This document shows, piece after piece, positions 9,159-19,243 of a DNA stretch of 64,000 bases (its first letter is position 1; every line of letters starts with the position of its first letter). A model generated the notes under the pieces. It saw nothing but the letters and a program-made list of their open reading frames with translations, made no database searches and was not told where the DNA came from. Both the position numbers and the translations under genes were made by a program. Source of the DNA: an uncultured Candidatus Bathyarchaeia archaeon (GTDB taxonomy: Archaea > Thermoproteota > CALKCG01 > B24 > JAWCPE01); assembly GCA_964427455.1 (NCBI GenBank), contig CAYRUY010000001.1, positions 22,090 through 86,089 of the forward strand, in the 5' to 3' direction.

Positions 9159-9929
9159 ATGCTCACGAAGAGGATCATCCCCTGCCTTGACGTCTTCAAC
9201 GGTCACGTCGTTAAGGGGGTCAGGTTTCGCAACCACAGGGAGGCCGGTAGTCCAGCTCTTCTCGCGAAGGCCTATCAAGAGCAGGGAGCAGACGAGATCG
9301 TCTTCCTAGACATAGGGGCGTCGCCTGAAGGTCGGAAGACGCTGGTGAAAGCTGTACGAGATGCCGCGTCTGAGATCTCCATACCCCTGACCGTAGGAGG
9401 GGGCATCCGAGGCTTAGGCGACATCGCTAGGCTCCTTCGAGCCGGCGCAGACAAGGTCTCTATGAACACAGCTGCAGTCGAAAACCCGGGCTTGGTTGAG
9501 GAGGCGTCATCCCGTTTCGGAAGCCAATGCATAGTGGTTGCCATGGACGCCAAGAGAAGAGACGATGGCAAGTGGGAGGTACACACGTATGGTGGGCCGC
9601 CCACCCTGGGAAAGCCGACAGGCATCGACGCGCTCTCCTGGGCGAGGACGATTGAGAAGCTGGGAGCTGGAGAGATACTGTTAACGAGTATGGACACCGA
9701 CGGTACACGGGAGGGGTACGACCTAGAGCTTACCAGAGCCATCGCAGGAGGCGTGAACGTACCGGTGATAGCATCAGGTGGCGCCGGTAGCCCTGAACAC
9801 ATCTACCGCGTTCTAACGGAGGGGAGGGCTGACGCAGCGCTCGCAGCCTCCATCTTCCACTACGGCTTGGTGAACGTCCAAGATGTCAAGAAGTACTTGG
9901 AGGCGAGAGGTGTCCCCGTTCGCCTCTAG
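9159..9929 (+). CDS. hisF: Imidazole glycerol phosphate synthase cyclase subunit
   Basis: Start at the internal ATG 9159 ([12 protein letters not shown]...), the classic HisF N-terminus; (beta/alpha)8 barrel. Confidence 0.9.
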   Translation: MLTKRIIPCLDVFNGHVVKGVRFRNHREAGSPALLAKAYQEQGADEIVFLDIGASPEGRKTLVKAVRDAASEISIPLTVGGGIRGLGDIARLLRAGADKVSMNTAAVENPGLVEEASSRFGSQCIVVAMDAKRRDDGKWEVHTYGGPPTLGKPTGIDALSWARTIEKLGAGEILLTSMDTDGTREGYDLELTRAIAGGVNVPVIASGGAGSPEHIYRVLTEGRADAALAASIFHYGLVNVQDVKKYLEARGVPVRL

Positions 9930-11234
9930 GTGACTAGCTTGCTTGAACCTAGACCGCTTGCGGAGCTCAAGCCCGCCGAGAGGGAAAGGCTCCTCGCCCG
10001 GTCAAGCCTAGATGTGGAGTCAGTCAAGGCTCAGGTAGGCGAGATCCTGAGAAAGGTAAAGGAGAAAGGCGATGCAGCCCTCGTCGAGTACACCGCCTTG
10101 TTCGACAAGGTCGACCTCAAACTAGGAGAGATTCGAGTCGCCCAAGACGAGGTCAGAACCGCCTACGACAGTATCTCTGACAAGCTCATCTCGGCTCTTA
10201 GAGCTATGGCCAAGAGCCTAGAGGTCTACCACCGGGCTCAGATGCCGAAGAGCACCGCTCCGGTGCAGACACAGGAGGGTGTCTCGTTAAGAGACCTATG
10301 GAGGCCGATCGGCTCGGTTGGCGCGTACGCGACCCGTGGCCTCCCATCGACCGCCTTGATGGCGGTTGTGCCCGGCAAGGTTGCTGGTGTTGGGAAACTG
10401 GTCGCCTGTACGGCGCCTGGCGGAAACGGTAGAGTGGAGCCCGCCGTCCTTGCGGCGCTCGACCTAGGCGGCGTGAACGAGATCTACAGAGTTGGCGGGG
10501 CCCAAGCGATCGCGGCCATGGCCTATGGAACCGAGACGGTCCCCCGGGTTGAGAAGATCGTAGGCCCGGGCAACGTCTACGTGACTGCTGCGAAACTCCT
10601 CGTGCAAGGCCTCGTGGGCACAGACCTGCCAGCTGGACCAAGCGAGGTCGTCGTCGTCGCTGATGGTACGGCAGACCCCTCGATCGTTGCCCTAGACCTC
10701 CTCTCACAGCTGGAACACGGGAAGATATCCGCCTCGGAGTCCCACGCGGCTCTTGTGACGACTTCGAAGTATCTCGCGTGGAGAGTCGCAGAAAGGCTTA
10801 GGGAACTCCTCTCGGCCGGCGAAGACGAGAGCGTGGCGGGGAAGGCTCTCTCGGAGAACGCCCTCATCCTGACCTGTGGAGACATCGAAGAGGCAGTGGC
10901 GTTCGTAAACGAGTATGCTCCTGAACACCTTGAGGTCATAGCTCATGATCCCGAGCCCATTCTGGCCGAGGTCCGCAATGCAGGCTCGGTCTTTGTTGGG
11001 CCATACTCTCCTGTCGCAGCTGGCGACTACGCGACCGGCGCGAACCACGTGCTGCCCACGGGTGGCGCAGCGAGGTTCGCCTCAGGCCTCTCGGTCTACG
11101 ACTACCTGAAACGCATCACGGTCCAGGAAGTTACTCGAAGAGGCCTAGCTGAGATGCTGGACACGGTGACGGCCCTGGCAGAGGCTGAGGGGCTGCCGAG
11201 GCACGCGGAAGCCGTCAGGGCCAGGGTTAGGTGA
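9930..11234 (+). CDS. hisD: Histidinol dehydrogenase
   Basis: 434 aa, GTG start abutting the hisF stop. 'GPGNVYVTAAK' and 'SQLEHG' motifs. Confidence 0.9.
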   Translation: MTSLLEPRPLAELKPAERERLLARSSLDVESVKAQVGEILRKVKEKGDAALVEYTALFDKVDLKLGEIRVAQDEVRTAYDSISDKLISALRAMAKSLEVYHRAQMPKSTAPVQTQEGVSLRDLWRPIGSVGAYATRGLPSTALMAVVPGKVAGVGKLVACTAPGGNGRVEPAVLAALDLGGVNEIYRVGGAQAIAAMAYGTETVPRVEKIVGPGNVYVTAAKLLVQGLVGTDLPAGPSEVVVVADGTADPSIVALDLLSQLEHGKISASESHAALVTTSKYLAWRVAERLRELLSAGEDESVAGKALSENALILTCGDIEEAVAFVNEYAPEHLEVIAHDPEPILAEVRNAGSVFVGPYSPVAAGDYATGANHVLPTGGAARFASGLSVYDYLKRITVQEVTRRGLAEMLDTVTALAEAEGLPRHAEAVRARVR

Positions 11235-11875
11235 GATGGAACACGGCCCGTGCTCGTAGACCGAGGATAGCGATCGTGAACTACGGGGTCGGCAACCTCT
11301 GGAGCGTAGCAAACGGCTTGAGACTGACGGGCGCGGAGCCCCGCCTTGTAGGGCGCCTCGTGGACCTCCCTAGGTTCGACGCTGTCGTTCTGCCCGGCGT
11401 GGGCGCCTTCAAGTCCGCGACTGCATTCCTGAAGGACCAGCGTCGTTACCTTGAGGACGCCGTGGCACGCAGTCAGCCCATCCTCGGCGTCTGCTTGGGC
11501 ATGCAGCTGCTCTTCGATGAGAGCGAGGAGGGAGGGCTCATCCAAGGGCTGGGCCTCATCCACGGGAGAGTCAAGAGACTCCCGGGAACCGTGAAAATAC
11601 CTCACATGGGCTGGAACCGGTTGGCGCTCTCAAGGCGAGACGCATTCCTGGAGGGCATCCGGTCAGGTGATTACTTCTACTTCGTGCACTCCTACTACCC
11701 GAGTCTAGAGGAGCCCAGCGTCGTCTTGGCATCTACGGAACACGGTGTGAGGTTCCCTTCGGTGGTGGCAAAGGGCTCCTTGTACGGGACGCAGTTCCAC
11801 CCCGAGAAGAGCGGAGAGAAGGGATTAAGTATCCTCAGGAACTTCGTCAGGATCGCTCAGGAGGCGGCAGGTTGA
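11231..11875 (+). CDS. hisH: Imidazole glycerol phosphate synthase glutamine amidotransferase subunit
   Basis: 214 aa. '[14 protein letters not shown]', '[10 protein letters not shown]' and 'HSYY' class I GATase triad context. Confidence 0.9.
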   Translation: MRWNTARARRPRIAIVNYGVGNLWSVANGLRLTGAEPRLVGRLVDLPRFDAVVLPGVGAFKSATAFLKDQRRYLEDAVARSQPILGVCLGMQLLFDESEEGGLIQGLGLIHGRVKRLPGTVKIPHMGWNRLALSRRDAFLEGIRSGDYFYFVHSYYPSLEEPSVVLASTEHGVRFPSVVAKGSLYGTQFHPEKSGEKGLSILRNFVRIAQEAAG

Positions 11876-12279
11876 ACACGCAAGGAGCATCAAGAGACCT
11901 AGAAGCGGTAGCCGATCAGTTGAACTACAGGCATAACGGCCTCGTGGTGGCGATAGCTCAAGACGCAGTCAACGGCCAGGTCTTGATGACGGCCTTCATG
12001 AACAGAGAGGCGTTCAAGAAGACCCTGGAGACAGGCTACGCACATTATTGGAGCCTCTCACGTGAGAGGCTATGGATGAAGGGGGAGGAGTCCGGCCACG
12101 TTCAGAGAGTGAAACACGTCTACGTGGACTGCGACCTCGACGCGGTTCTCCTCAAGGTCGACCAGGAGGTCGCGGCATGCCACATGGGCTACTGCTCCTG
12201 CTTCTTCAGAGAGGCGACCGCGCGGGGCTTCAAACAGGTTCTCGAGAAGGTGTTCGAGCCCACGATCGCCACACATTAG
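11872..12279 (+). CDS. hisI: Phosphoribosyl-AMP cyclohydrolase
   Basis: 135 aa. '[18 protein letters not shown]' and '[11 protein letters not shown]' PRA-CH motifs. Confidence 0.85.
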   Translation: MNTQGASRDLEAVADQLNYRHNGLVVAIAQDAVNGQVLMTAFMNREAFKKTLETGYAHYWSLSRERLWMKGEESGHVQRVKHVYVDCDLDAVLLKVDQEVAACHMGYCSCFFREATARGFKQVLEKVFEPTIATH

Positions 12280-12393
12280 CGGTTCCCGTGTCTCCCGGGC
12301 TCAGGCGGGATGTAGAGCCAGCGCTTCGAGGATCCCAGGTCAGGTGCCTCGGTAAGCTTATGTGCAGTCGTTCCTCTAGCGTTCCCCCGCGAG

Positions 12394-13041
12394 ATGAACT
12401 GCGCGATGGCAGAAAGAAGAGTCATCTTCTTCGAGAAGCCGGGTCCGCAGAACACCGAGGAGACGATCCGGGCGGCGAAGAGGAGAGCTGACGAGCTTGG
12501 CATCAGCCATGTGGTCGTCGCCTCTGCGAGCGGCGATACCGCGTTGAAGGTCGCAGAGGCCTTCAAGGGCTCCTCCGCCAAGGTTGTGGCGGTCACATAC
12601 CATGCGGGCTTCGCCGAGATGTCAATCGACAGAGCGAAGGAGCTAGGGATCGACCCGAGCCTGCTTGTGACAGGAATGAAGCCTGAGAACGTGAAAGCCT
12701 TACATGAGCGCGGTGTTCGGATCGTTCAAGGGTCGCACGCGTTAAGCGGGGTTGGCCGGTCTATCTCGAAGAAGTTCGGCGGCATCACGCCTGTCGAGGT
12801 CATCGCGGCGACGTTGAGGCTCATCTGTCAAGGCGTCAAGGTAGGTGTCGAGGTCGCCGTGATCGCGGCGGACGCGGACGCGATCCCGACCGACAAGGAG
12901 GTCCTAGCTATCACAGGTGATATCAAAGGCGCGGACACAGCCGTGATCCTGAAGCCTGCGCATATGAACAACTTCTTCGACCTCGAGGTAAGAGAGATCA
13001 TCGCGATGCCACGAGGCCCTTGGGGGAACCTCCGAGGCTAG
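12394..13041 (+). CDS. Pyruvate kinase C-terminal (alpha/beta) domain-like protein (PK_C-like, function unknown)
   Basis: 215 aa. '[33 protein letters not shown]' resembles stand-alone PK_C-like archaeal proteins. Lies between hisI and hisG. Confidence 0.45.
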   Translation: MNCAMAERRVIFFEKPGPQNTEETIRAAKRRADELGISHVVVASASGDTALKVAEAFKGSSAKVVAVTYHAGFAEMSIDRAKELGIDPSLLVTGMKPENVKALHERGVRIVQGSHALSGVGRSISKKFGGITPVEVIAATLRLICQGVKVGVEVAVIAADADAIPTDKEVLAITGDIKGADTAVILKPAHMNNFFDLEVREIIAMPRGPWGNLRG

Positions 13042-13234
13042 GTCTCTCCAAGCCGGAAGGGAGCCTCATAGGCGGGCTACAGCCAGCGTCACCGTTCACG
13101 GGAAGGAGACTGCCCGTCAGGGACCCGCCTATGCACGGCTTCCAGGGTTTTCGCGCGGTCGTAAGTCTTTTAAGGGAGTTTTGTAGGATGTAGCCCACAA
13201 AACTCCCACAGTCTCTGGGTTTAGGTCGTCAGGC

Positions 13235-14233
13235 ATGAAGGTGAGCTTTGCTCTCCCCAAGGGGTCTCTTGAGAGGGCGGTCTTCGACATCCTCGCTCTT
13301 TCAGGGTACATCATCAGGGGCCAAGAGAGGACTTACAGGCCTTCGATAAACGACCCTGGGATCGAGTTGAAGATCCTTAGGCCTCAGGAGATCCCTGTCG
13401 CTGTAGCTGAGGGTCTCCATGACGTCGGCATCACGGGTTCGGACTGGGTTCAGGAGACGGGAGCGAATGTCGAGCAACTACTCGACCTTGAGTGCGGGCA
13501 GGTCAAGCTGGTCGCAGCTATTCCAAGGTCATGGACTGATATCGACTCTTTCTCAGCCCTATTGAGGAAGCTCTGGTCCCAAGGGAAGAACGTGAGGGTC
13601 TCCACGGAGTACCTGAATATTGCAGCGGAATTCACGAAGCGAAGCGAAGCTTACAGAGAAGCCTTTGGTGATGCTGAGCCTGTGATAGTCACGCCCTGGT
13701 GGAGAAGGGGTGAGAACCCTAAGCTGAGCATCTACCTGTCCTTCGGGGCGACGGAGGCTAAGCCTCCTGAGAACGCAGATGCGATCATTGACCTAGCCCA
13801 GACGGGGACAACCCTAGAGCAGAACAACCTCAAGGTCATTGAGACAATAGCCGAGTCAACGGCTGTGCTCGTCGCGAACAAGGCCAGCCTTAGAGACCCT
13901 GAGAAGAGAGAGAAGATCTACGATATACTCACGCTGCTCAAGGGCACGGTGGAGGGGAAGAAGAAGATACACATCTTCGTCAACGTGAGGGAAGAGAACC
14001 TGAACAAGCTACTCAAACGTTTGCCGGCTTTGAAGAAGCCGACCGTCAGTCCGCTCGCGGGAAAGGGCTGGTTCTCCGTCAACACAGTCATCGACCGCGA
14101 GGAGTTCCTGACGGTGCTCCCCACGTTGCGAAGGCTGGCTCAAGGCTTGGTCGTTCACGAGCCGCAACAGATCCTAGAGCTCGAAGAGATCGCGAGAAGC
14201 GAGAACAACATCTCGAACTCGTCGACTCGGTGA
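13235..14233 (+). CDS. hisG: ATP phosphoribosyltransferase (long form with C-terminal extension)
   Basis: 332 aa. 'FALPKGSL', 'GITGSDWV' and 'TGTTLEQNNLKVIETIAESTAVLVAN' HisG motifs. Confidence 0.8.
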   Translation: MKVSFALPKGSLERAVFDILALSGYIIRGQERTYRPSINDPGIELKILRPQEIPVAVAEGLHDVGITGSDWVQETGANVEQLLDLECGQVKLVAAIPRSWTDIDSFSALLRKLWSQGKNVRVSTEYLNIAAEFTKRSEAYREAFGDAEPVIVTPWWRRGENPKLSIYLSFGATEAKPPENADAIIDLAQTGTTLEQNNLKVIETIAESTAVLVANKASLRDPEKREKIYDILTLLKGTVEGKKKIHIFVNVREENLNKLLKRLPALKKPTVSPLAGKGWFSVNTVIDREEFLTVLPTLRRLAQGLVVHEPQQILELEEIARSENNISNSSTR

Positions 14234-14247
14234 CTTCGGCGGGAAGC

Positions 14248-15225
14248 CTAAGGTTTCAGAGCCGCCTTTGCAGTTCGTACCTTCTCTTCCGCGTGAGCAC
14301 CTATCACTTCATGCTCAGTGAAGGGGTAGACCTTCAACTCCTTTCGGCACTTCAACCTGTTGTAGACGGCGAAGACCGTTGAGGGTGGGCAGACGGGGTC
14401 GCGTAGGCCTACGGACATCAGGACCTGACAGGCCACGGACTCAGCCATGTTCAAGGGGTCAAAGTAGCTCAACGTCCTGAAAGCGGCTTCCTCGTTTCCC
14501 GGATAGACCCTGAGGTAGTTGACGATCTCCAAGTATGGGCCTGAAAGCGATATCTCCACGCCTCGTCTGAAGTGGCAGAGGTACGGTATGTCAGGCATGG
14601 CGAGGACCGGCCGTCGGTCCAAGCCGACCGTAGCTAGCGCAAGACCTCCTCCCTGGCTGATCCCACTGACGCCTATCCTGGATTTGTCCACCTCTTCGCG
14701 AGCCTCTAGAAGGTCGAGGGCTCTGATGCAGTCGATGTAGGCGCCTCGGTAGTAGTACTCCTCGGGGCTCATGATCCCCTTCGTCATCCAACCTGTCACG
14801 TGACCTGACGAGTATCGTCCAGGGTCTGTGCTCTCACCTGACTGTCCTCTCACGTCTATGGCAAGCACGGCGTAGCCCTGAAGCGCCCAGCCTAGGTAGT
14901 CGAAGACCTGGCCCTTATTCCCGCTGTAGCCGTGCAGAAACAGCAGCGCCGGGCAGAGGGTCCGGCCTCTAGGTACGATATACCATCCGCAGACCCTCGC
15001 CCCTTTGAAGCCACGGTAGAAAACCTTGAACACCTTGACTGAATCGACCGGGTAAGGGACCGACATGAACTCAGCGTTCAACGGTTCCCTCGCTGATTCC
15101 TCGATCGTTCGCCTCCAGAACTCGTCGAAGTCCGGCTGCTTCGTCAGAGGCGGGACGTACCGTTTGAGCTCTTCGAGAGACAGGTCGATGATCGGCAAGC
15201 CTTTCGCCGAGTGCGGCGTATGCAC
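14248..15225 (-). CDS. Acetyl xylan esterase / cephalosporin-C deacetylase (carbohydrate esterase family 7)
   Basis: 325 aa. CE7-type alpha/beta hydrolase with 'GISQGGG' nucleophile elbow and a CE7 N-terminal region. Confidence 0.75.
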   Translation of the reverse strand: MHTPHSAKGLPIIDLSLEELKRYVPPLTKQPDFDEFWRRTIEESAREPLNAEFMSVPYPVDSVKVFKVFYRGFKGARVCGWYIVPRGRTLCPALLFLHGYSGNKGQVFDYLGWALQGYAVLAIDVRGQSGESTDPGRYSSGHVTGWMTKGIMSPEEYYYRGAYIDCIRALDLLEAREEVDKSRIGVSGISQGGGLALATVGLDRRPVLAMPDIPYLCHFRRGVEISLSGPYLEIVNYLRVYPGNEEAAFRTLSYFDPLNMAESVACQVLMSVGLRDPVCPPSTVFAVYNRLKCRKELKVYPFTEHEVIGAHAEEKVRTAKAALKP

Positions 15226-15267
15226 ACAGATCGCGCTTAAGCGTATCGCTCGGGCAGCGGGCTCTCG

Positions 15268-15834
15268 TCACTTAGGCCAGACACGGTCAAAGTAGGGGTT
15301 CTTCCCCGTCACAGACAGCGGAATCCCGAACGCTAAATCCGCGTCTATCAGGCCCAAACTCCTTGCAGCGGTTCCGGCCGAGAACATGATGCGATTATCG
15401 AGCCCCAGCTCAACGGCGGCTTTCGCCGCTACTCCTAGCGCAATGCCGAGGTCAACGACGTAGAAGGCGCAGTTCGGGCCCATGTAGGCTGGTCCCACGT
15501 TCTTTGGGGCTGTGTCAAACTCGGCGCACGTCCTGTGGCCGCATGCGCCGCAGTTCAGTCCCTTCGACTTACTGCCCTTCACGCCCAGAAGAGCTACGGC
15601 GACAGACCGTCTTACACCCTCCGCGTCTCTCGCAAAGGTAGGCCATTTGTCCTTGAACCCTTCCATTGCCGTCGCCAAAGCCTCGATCTCATCTCGGTCA
15701 GCAACGATCGCAGTGACGACTCTATCGATTCCCCTCGACTTCGGCGCTGTCCTGGCCACGGCGAGAATGATCTGCGCACCGTCGAGGGCTGCGTGTACCT
15801 CGGCCTGTTCTCCCCTGATCGGCATAACACTCAC
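15268..15834 (-). CDS. DUF2148 family ferredoxin-domain protein
   Basis: 188 aa with 'CGACGHRTCAEF' cysteine cluster. Confidence 0.5.
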   Translation of the reverse strand: MSVMPIRGEQAEVHAALDGAQIILAVARTAPKSRGIDRVVTAIVADRDEIEALATAMEGFKDKWPTFARDAEGVRRSVAVALLGVKGSKSKGLNCGACGHRTCAEFDTAPKNVGPAYMGPNCAFYVVDLGIALGVAAKAAVELGLDNRIMFSAGTAARSLGLIDADLAFGIPLSVTGKNPYFDRVWPK

Positions 15835-15905
15835 GGCATCGGGAGGAGCGCTCCGCGTTTAGGCATTACGGTACCGACGAACAGGCCCACAAACCTGCCC
15901 GGTCT

Positions 15906-17009
15906 CTAGACGACCTTTCCCACGTAGTGTTCGCTGACGCGATACTTCTCGACGGCTTTCATGTCGAGCTCGACGCCCAACCCTGGCTTGTTAGGCACCC
16001 TGGCCTGCCCGTTCTTGATCTCGATAGGCTCAACGAGGAGGTCGTCGACGCGGCAGAACTCTCCGAAGATGTCGCTTGTCAAGGTGGCGTTGCTCGTAGC
16101 CGCGCACGCGTGCACGTAACTGGCCTCCATGATGCCCAGGTCGTTGCCTGAACCATGCCAGACAGGGATGCCAGCGAGCGCAGCGACACCTGCGTAGTTC
16201 TTGAACTCACGCATCGTGCCTCCCGTGTTGATGTAGTCGCATGCCTCCCTCTTGACCGCGTTAAACACGTCGCTACCTGTGATGTGGAGCGCGAGAGGGA
16301 TGTCCATCTTCGCCCTCATCAACACGTACCAGTCTAGGTTCTTCGGCACAGGATCCTCGAAGCAGATTATGTTGTATCGTTCAAGCCTACGCGCGAGCTT
16401 GAGCGCCGTCGCCGGATGGCCGAACTGCGTATTGGGGTCGCAGACTATCCCCATCTCGTCTCCTACCGCGTCCCTGATCGCCCTTGCAGTTTCGACGATG
16501 TCCCACGGCCTCGCCTTGAGCTTGATAACGTCGTAACCCATGCTGACGGCCCTCTCCGCGACAACGGCGGTCTTCTGCGGGTTCCCTGGGCCGTGGTGAG
16601 GAGACCAGGCTGAGACGGGGACCTCGCTCCGGTACGCGCCGCCGAGCAGCTTGTACATGGGGAGCCCCAGGGCCTTCCCAGCCAAGTCATGCAACGCGTG
16701 CTCCAACGCCTCGTCCAAGCCCCAGCCGAACCCCGGCCGTTCAAGGTTGAGCTCAAGCGGGTCCCTGCCGACCAGCTCACTCTCGTGGTCCTTCAGCAAC
16801 GTCGCCGGGAAACCTCTTACCGTCTCGCCGAGGCCCACCAGGCCTTCGTCCGTCTGAAGCCTAACGATCACCTTGGGCACTCTGCCAAGCGGGACCTCGT
16901 AAGAGTTCAGGACCGCCATATCTGAGACGAAGGGAACGGCGATCGTGATCGCCTCGACGCCCGTGATCCTCAAGCTACCAGCCGCCGGAGTTGGTTTGGC
17001 TCCACGCAT
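15906..17009 (-). CDS. Enolase-superfamily enzyme (mandelate racemase/muconate lactonizing family; likely sugar-acid dehydratase)
   Basis: 367 aa. N-terminal capping domain 'TDEGLVGLGE' and a C-terminal TIM barrel with metal-ligand Asp/Glu pattern. Confidence 0.75.
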   Translation of the reverse strand: MRGAKPTPAAGSLRITGVEAITIAVPFVSDMAVLNSYEVPLGRVPKVIVRLQTDEGLVGLGETVRGFPATLLKDHESELVGRDPLELNLERPGFGWGLDEALEHALHDLAGKALGLPMYKLLGGAYRSEVPVSAWSPHHGPGNPQKTAVVAERAVSMGYDVIKLKARPWDIVETARAIRDAVGDEMGIVCDPNTQFGHPATALKLARRLERYNIICFEDPVPKNLDWYVLMRAKMDIPLALHITGSDVFNAVKREACDYINTGGTMREFKNYAGVAALAGIPVWHGSGNDLGIMEASYVHACAATSNATLTSDIFGEFCRVDDLLVEPIEIKNGQARVPNKPGLGVELDMKAVEKYRVSEHYVGKVV

Positions 17010-17131
17010 CAGATATAAGGTGATGCCTAGCCGCTCCCCTTGAGTGATCTACGGCATCCGTCCCGAGACGAGAGGTGTGGTCTGCTAGACCTACCGGCTA
17101 CCATCCGGGCGGAAGCTTGCATGCTACTTGG

Positions 17132-19243
17132 CTATTCTGTCGTCCATGTGGAGGGGTCTTCGAAGCGAGGCCGCTTGTAAAGGATGTCTTCCACGTATGC
17201 TCTGAGAGGCTCGGCTGTTGACCAGGCTTGAGCTATGCAGCCTCCGGCTGTGTGAGGATAGTCGCCGTCGAATATCTCGCTTATGAAGCCTAGCCCGGCT
17301 TGGTATGGTTGCTCCTCAAGCAGCGGTTGTAGGAAGCTTCTGTACGCGAACTCTCTCCAGGGCTTCTCGTAGCGCTTCGTCTTGAGGAACGCCTTCACGA
17401 AGGGCCCAGCTAGCCAAGGCCAAATGGTCCCGTTGTGGTAGGCCAAGTCTCTCTCGCGTTGGTTTCCTCGGCATACCCCTCTGTACTTCGGATCCTCAGC
17501 GGAGAGCGTCCTAAGCCCATACGTGGCCCAGAGCTTCCGCCAGACAAAGCAGACTACGCTCTCGGCCATCGAGCTGTCCAGCATGCCATGGTCTAAGGAA
17601 ACAGCGAGAATTTGGTTAGGCCGCACCGACGAGTCGCGAGAGCCGTTAGCCACCATGTCGAAGAGCGACCCAGTCTCTTCGTTCCAGAAGGTCGCCCTGA
17701 AGCTCTTCGCCGCCGCCTCCGCTCGCAGCTCATACTCGGACGCATCCTCGCCTAGGGCCTTCGACAGCAGTGCCATCGTCTTCAGCGCATTGTACCAGAG
17801 GGCTTGGACCTCAATGGCTTTTCCCTCTCTGGGAGTGACTGGGACTCCGTTGACCGCAGCGTCCATCCACGTGAGCCGTGGGCCATGATGGACCAGGCCG
17901 TCTGCGTCCACATGAATGCCGTACTGCGTGCCCGCTGAGTAGTGGTCGATGATCGATCTCAAGACCGGCCAGAGGTGTTTGCGAACGAAGGCAAGGTTGC
18001 CCGTGTACTTGACGTACTCGAGCACAGCGTTCACGTACCACAGAGAGGTGTCCACGGACTCATAGCTAGCGGCCATGTCTAGCGCCTCAGCAAAGAAGCT
18101 TGGGATCAGGCCATCCTTCTCATGCGCCCCGTAGGCTAAGAGAATCTGTTCTGCGTCGTTGAACCTGCCCGTGACCAACGCGAGACCTGGAAGCGAGATG
18201 AAGGTGTCTCTCCCCCAGTCGCCGAACCAGTGGTAGCCCGCGATGACCGACTTCCCACACGCCGCCCCACCTCGAACGATGAAGGCGTCAACCGAAAGGA
18301 CAAGCCACTTGGACCAATCGCCCTCAGGCCAAAGTTCGCCGGAAGCTCTCAGGATATCCCTGCGTCTCCCGAGTTCACGCTCCCAGATTCGTTCTGGGTT
18401 GGCCGCGTTCTCAGCGGCCTTCCATGCGTCGAGCTTGCTCCGCGAAGCTGAGGCTAGTAGGTGGAATAGCCGCGACTCCCCTGCTTTCAGATGGATTCCG
18501 AAATGGCCGGGCACGTAGCAGTCGTCAAGGTAACTGTCACCTCTCGCCTCGTCCGTCCGATAGCGAAGACGCCTAACCCACGCGCCTCCGAGGCGTGAGA
18601 ACTCAGCTGCGTCTGAGGCCATCGCAAAGTAGAGGGTTAGGTCGCGGAGATGCGCAGCAAAGCCCCTGTCGAACACTTGCTGATCGTAGGCCCAAGGGGA
18701 GCGTTCTGAGTTGAGCACGGTGTAGATCCCGCGGTAGCTCGTCAGCGGCGAGATCTCAAGCAGAACGCTCTCGTCTCGAAGGTTGACAGCCTCGTACCTG
18801 ACCAACACAAGGTTCTCACCCTCTGCCAACGTGATGGTTTTCAGCAACGAGACGCCGTCGACATCATACATGAAGCTTGGAAACGGTGAAAGGGAGAAGC
18901 TCCGCAGTGAACGGAGCCCTTCGTTGTCTAGGCCGCTCATGGAATCGTTAGTGGCCAAACGTGTCCGTCCGCCGCTGGGGCTCACCATCACCTCGTCGAG
19001 CTTCGCAAGCAGTACCCGCCTTCCTAGCGGTGGGTCAATGGCCGCCACGAGAAGCCCATGGTACTTCCTTGTGTTGACTCCGAGGATGGTGGAGGACGCG
19101 TACCCACCCAGTCCATTGGTGACAAGCCATTCCGTCGAGAGAGCTTCTTCCACTCCAGACAGTTGGCTCGGGCCGATCAAGAGAGAGGGAAGCTCCCGTG
19201 CCGTCAACTGGTCGTTCTCCTCGCCAGCCTGTTCAGCGGGCAC
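17132..19243 (-). CDS. Glycogen debranching enzyme (GDE N-terminal domain + amylo-alpha-1,6-glucosidase)
   Basis: The 'EWLVTNGLGGYAS' GDE N-domain motif is present. The ORF-track ATG at 19402 overlaps the upstream gene by 160 nt; an in-frame GTG at 19243 overlaps that gene's stop codon by 1 nt and is the likelier start. Confidence 0.75.
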   Translation of the reverse strand: MPAEQAGEENDQLTARELPSLLIGPSQLSGVEEALSTEWLVTNGLGGYASSTILGVNTRKYHGLLVAAIDPPLGRRVLLAKLDEVMVSPSGGRTRLATNDSMSGLDNEGLRSLRSFSLSPFPSFMYDVDGVSLLKTITLAEGENLVLVRYEAVNLRDESVLLEISPLTSYRGIYTVLNSERSPWAYDQQVFDRGFAAHLRDLTLYFAMASDAAEFSRLGGAWVRRLRYRTDEARGDSYLDDCYVPGHFGIHLKAGESRLFHLLASASRSKLDAWKAAENAANPERIWERELGRRRDILRASGELWPEGDWSKWLVLSVDAFIVRGGAACGKSVIAGYHWFGDWGRDTFISLPGLALVTGRFNDAEQILLAYGAHEKDGLIPSFFAEALDMAASYESVDTSLWYVNAVLEYVKYTGNLAFVRKHLWPVLRSIIDHYSAGTQYGIHVDADGLVHHGPRLTWMDAAVNGVPVTPREGKAIEVQALWYNALKTMALLSKALGEDASEYELRAEAAAKSFRATFWNEETGSLFDMVANGSRDSSVRPNQILAVSLDHGMLDSSMAESVVCFVWRKLWATYGLRTLSAEDPKYRGVCRGNQRERDLAYHNGTIWPWLAGPFVKAFLKTKRYEKPWREFAYRSFLQPLLEEQPYQAGLGFISEIFDGDYPHTAGGCIAQAWSTAEPLRAYVEDILYKRPRFEDPSTWTTE

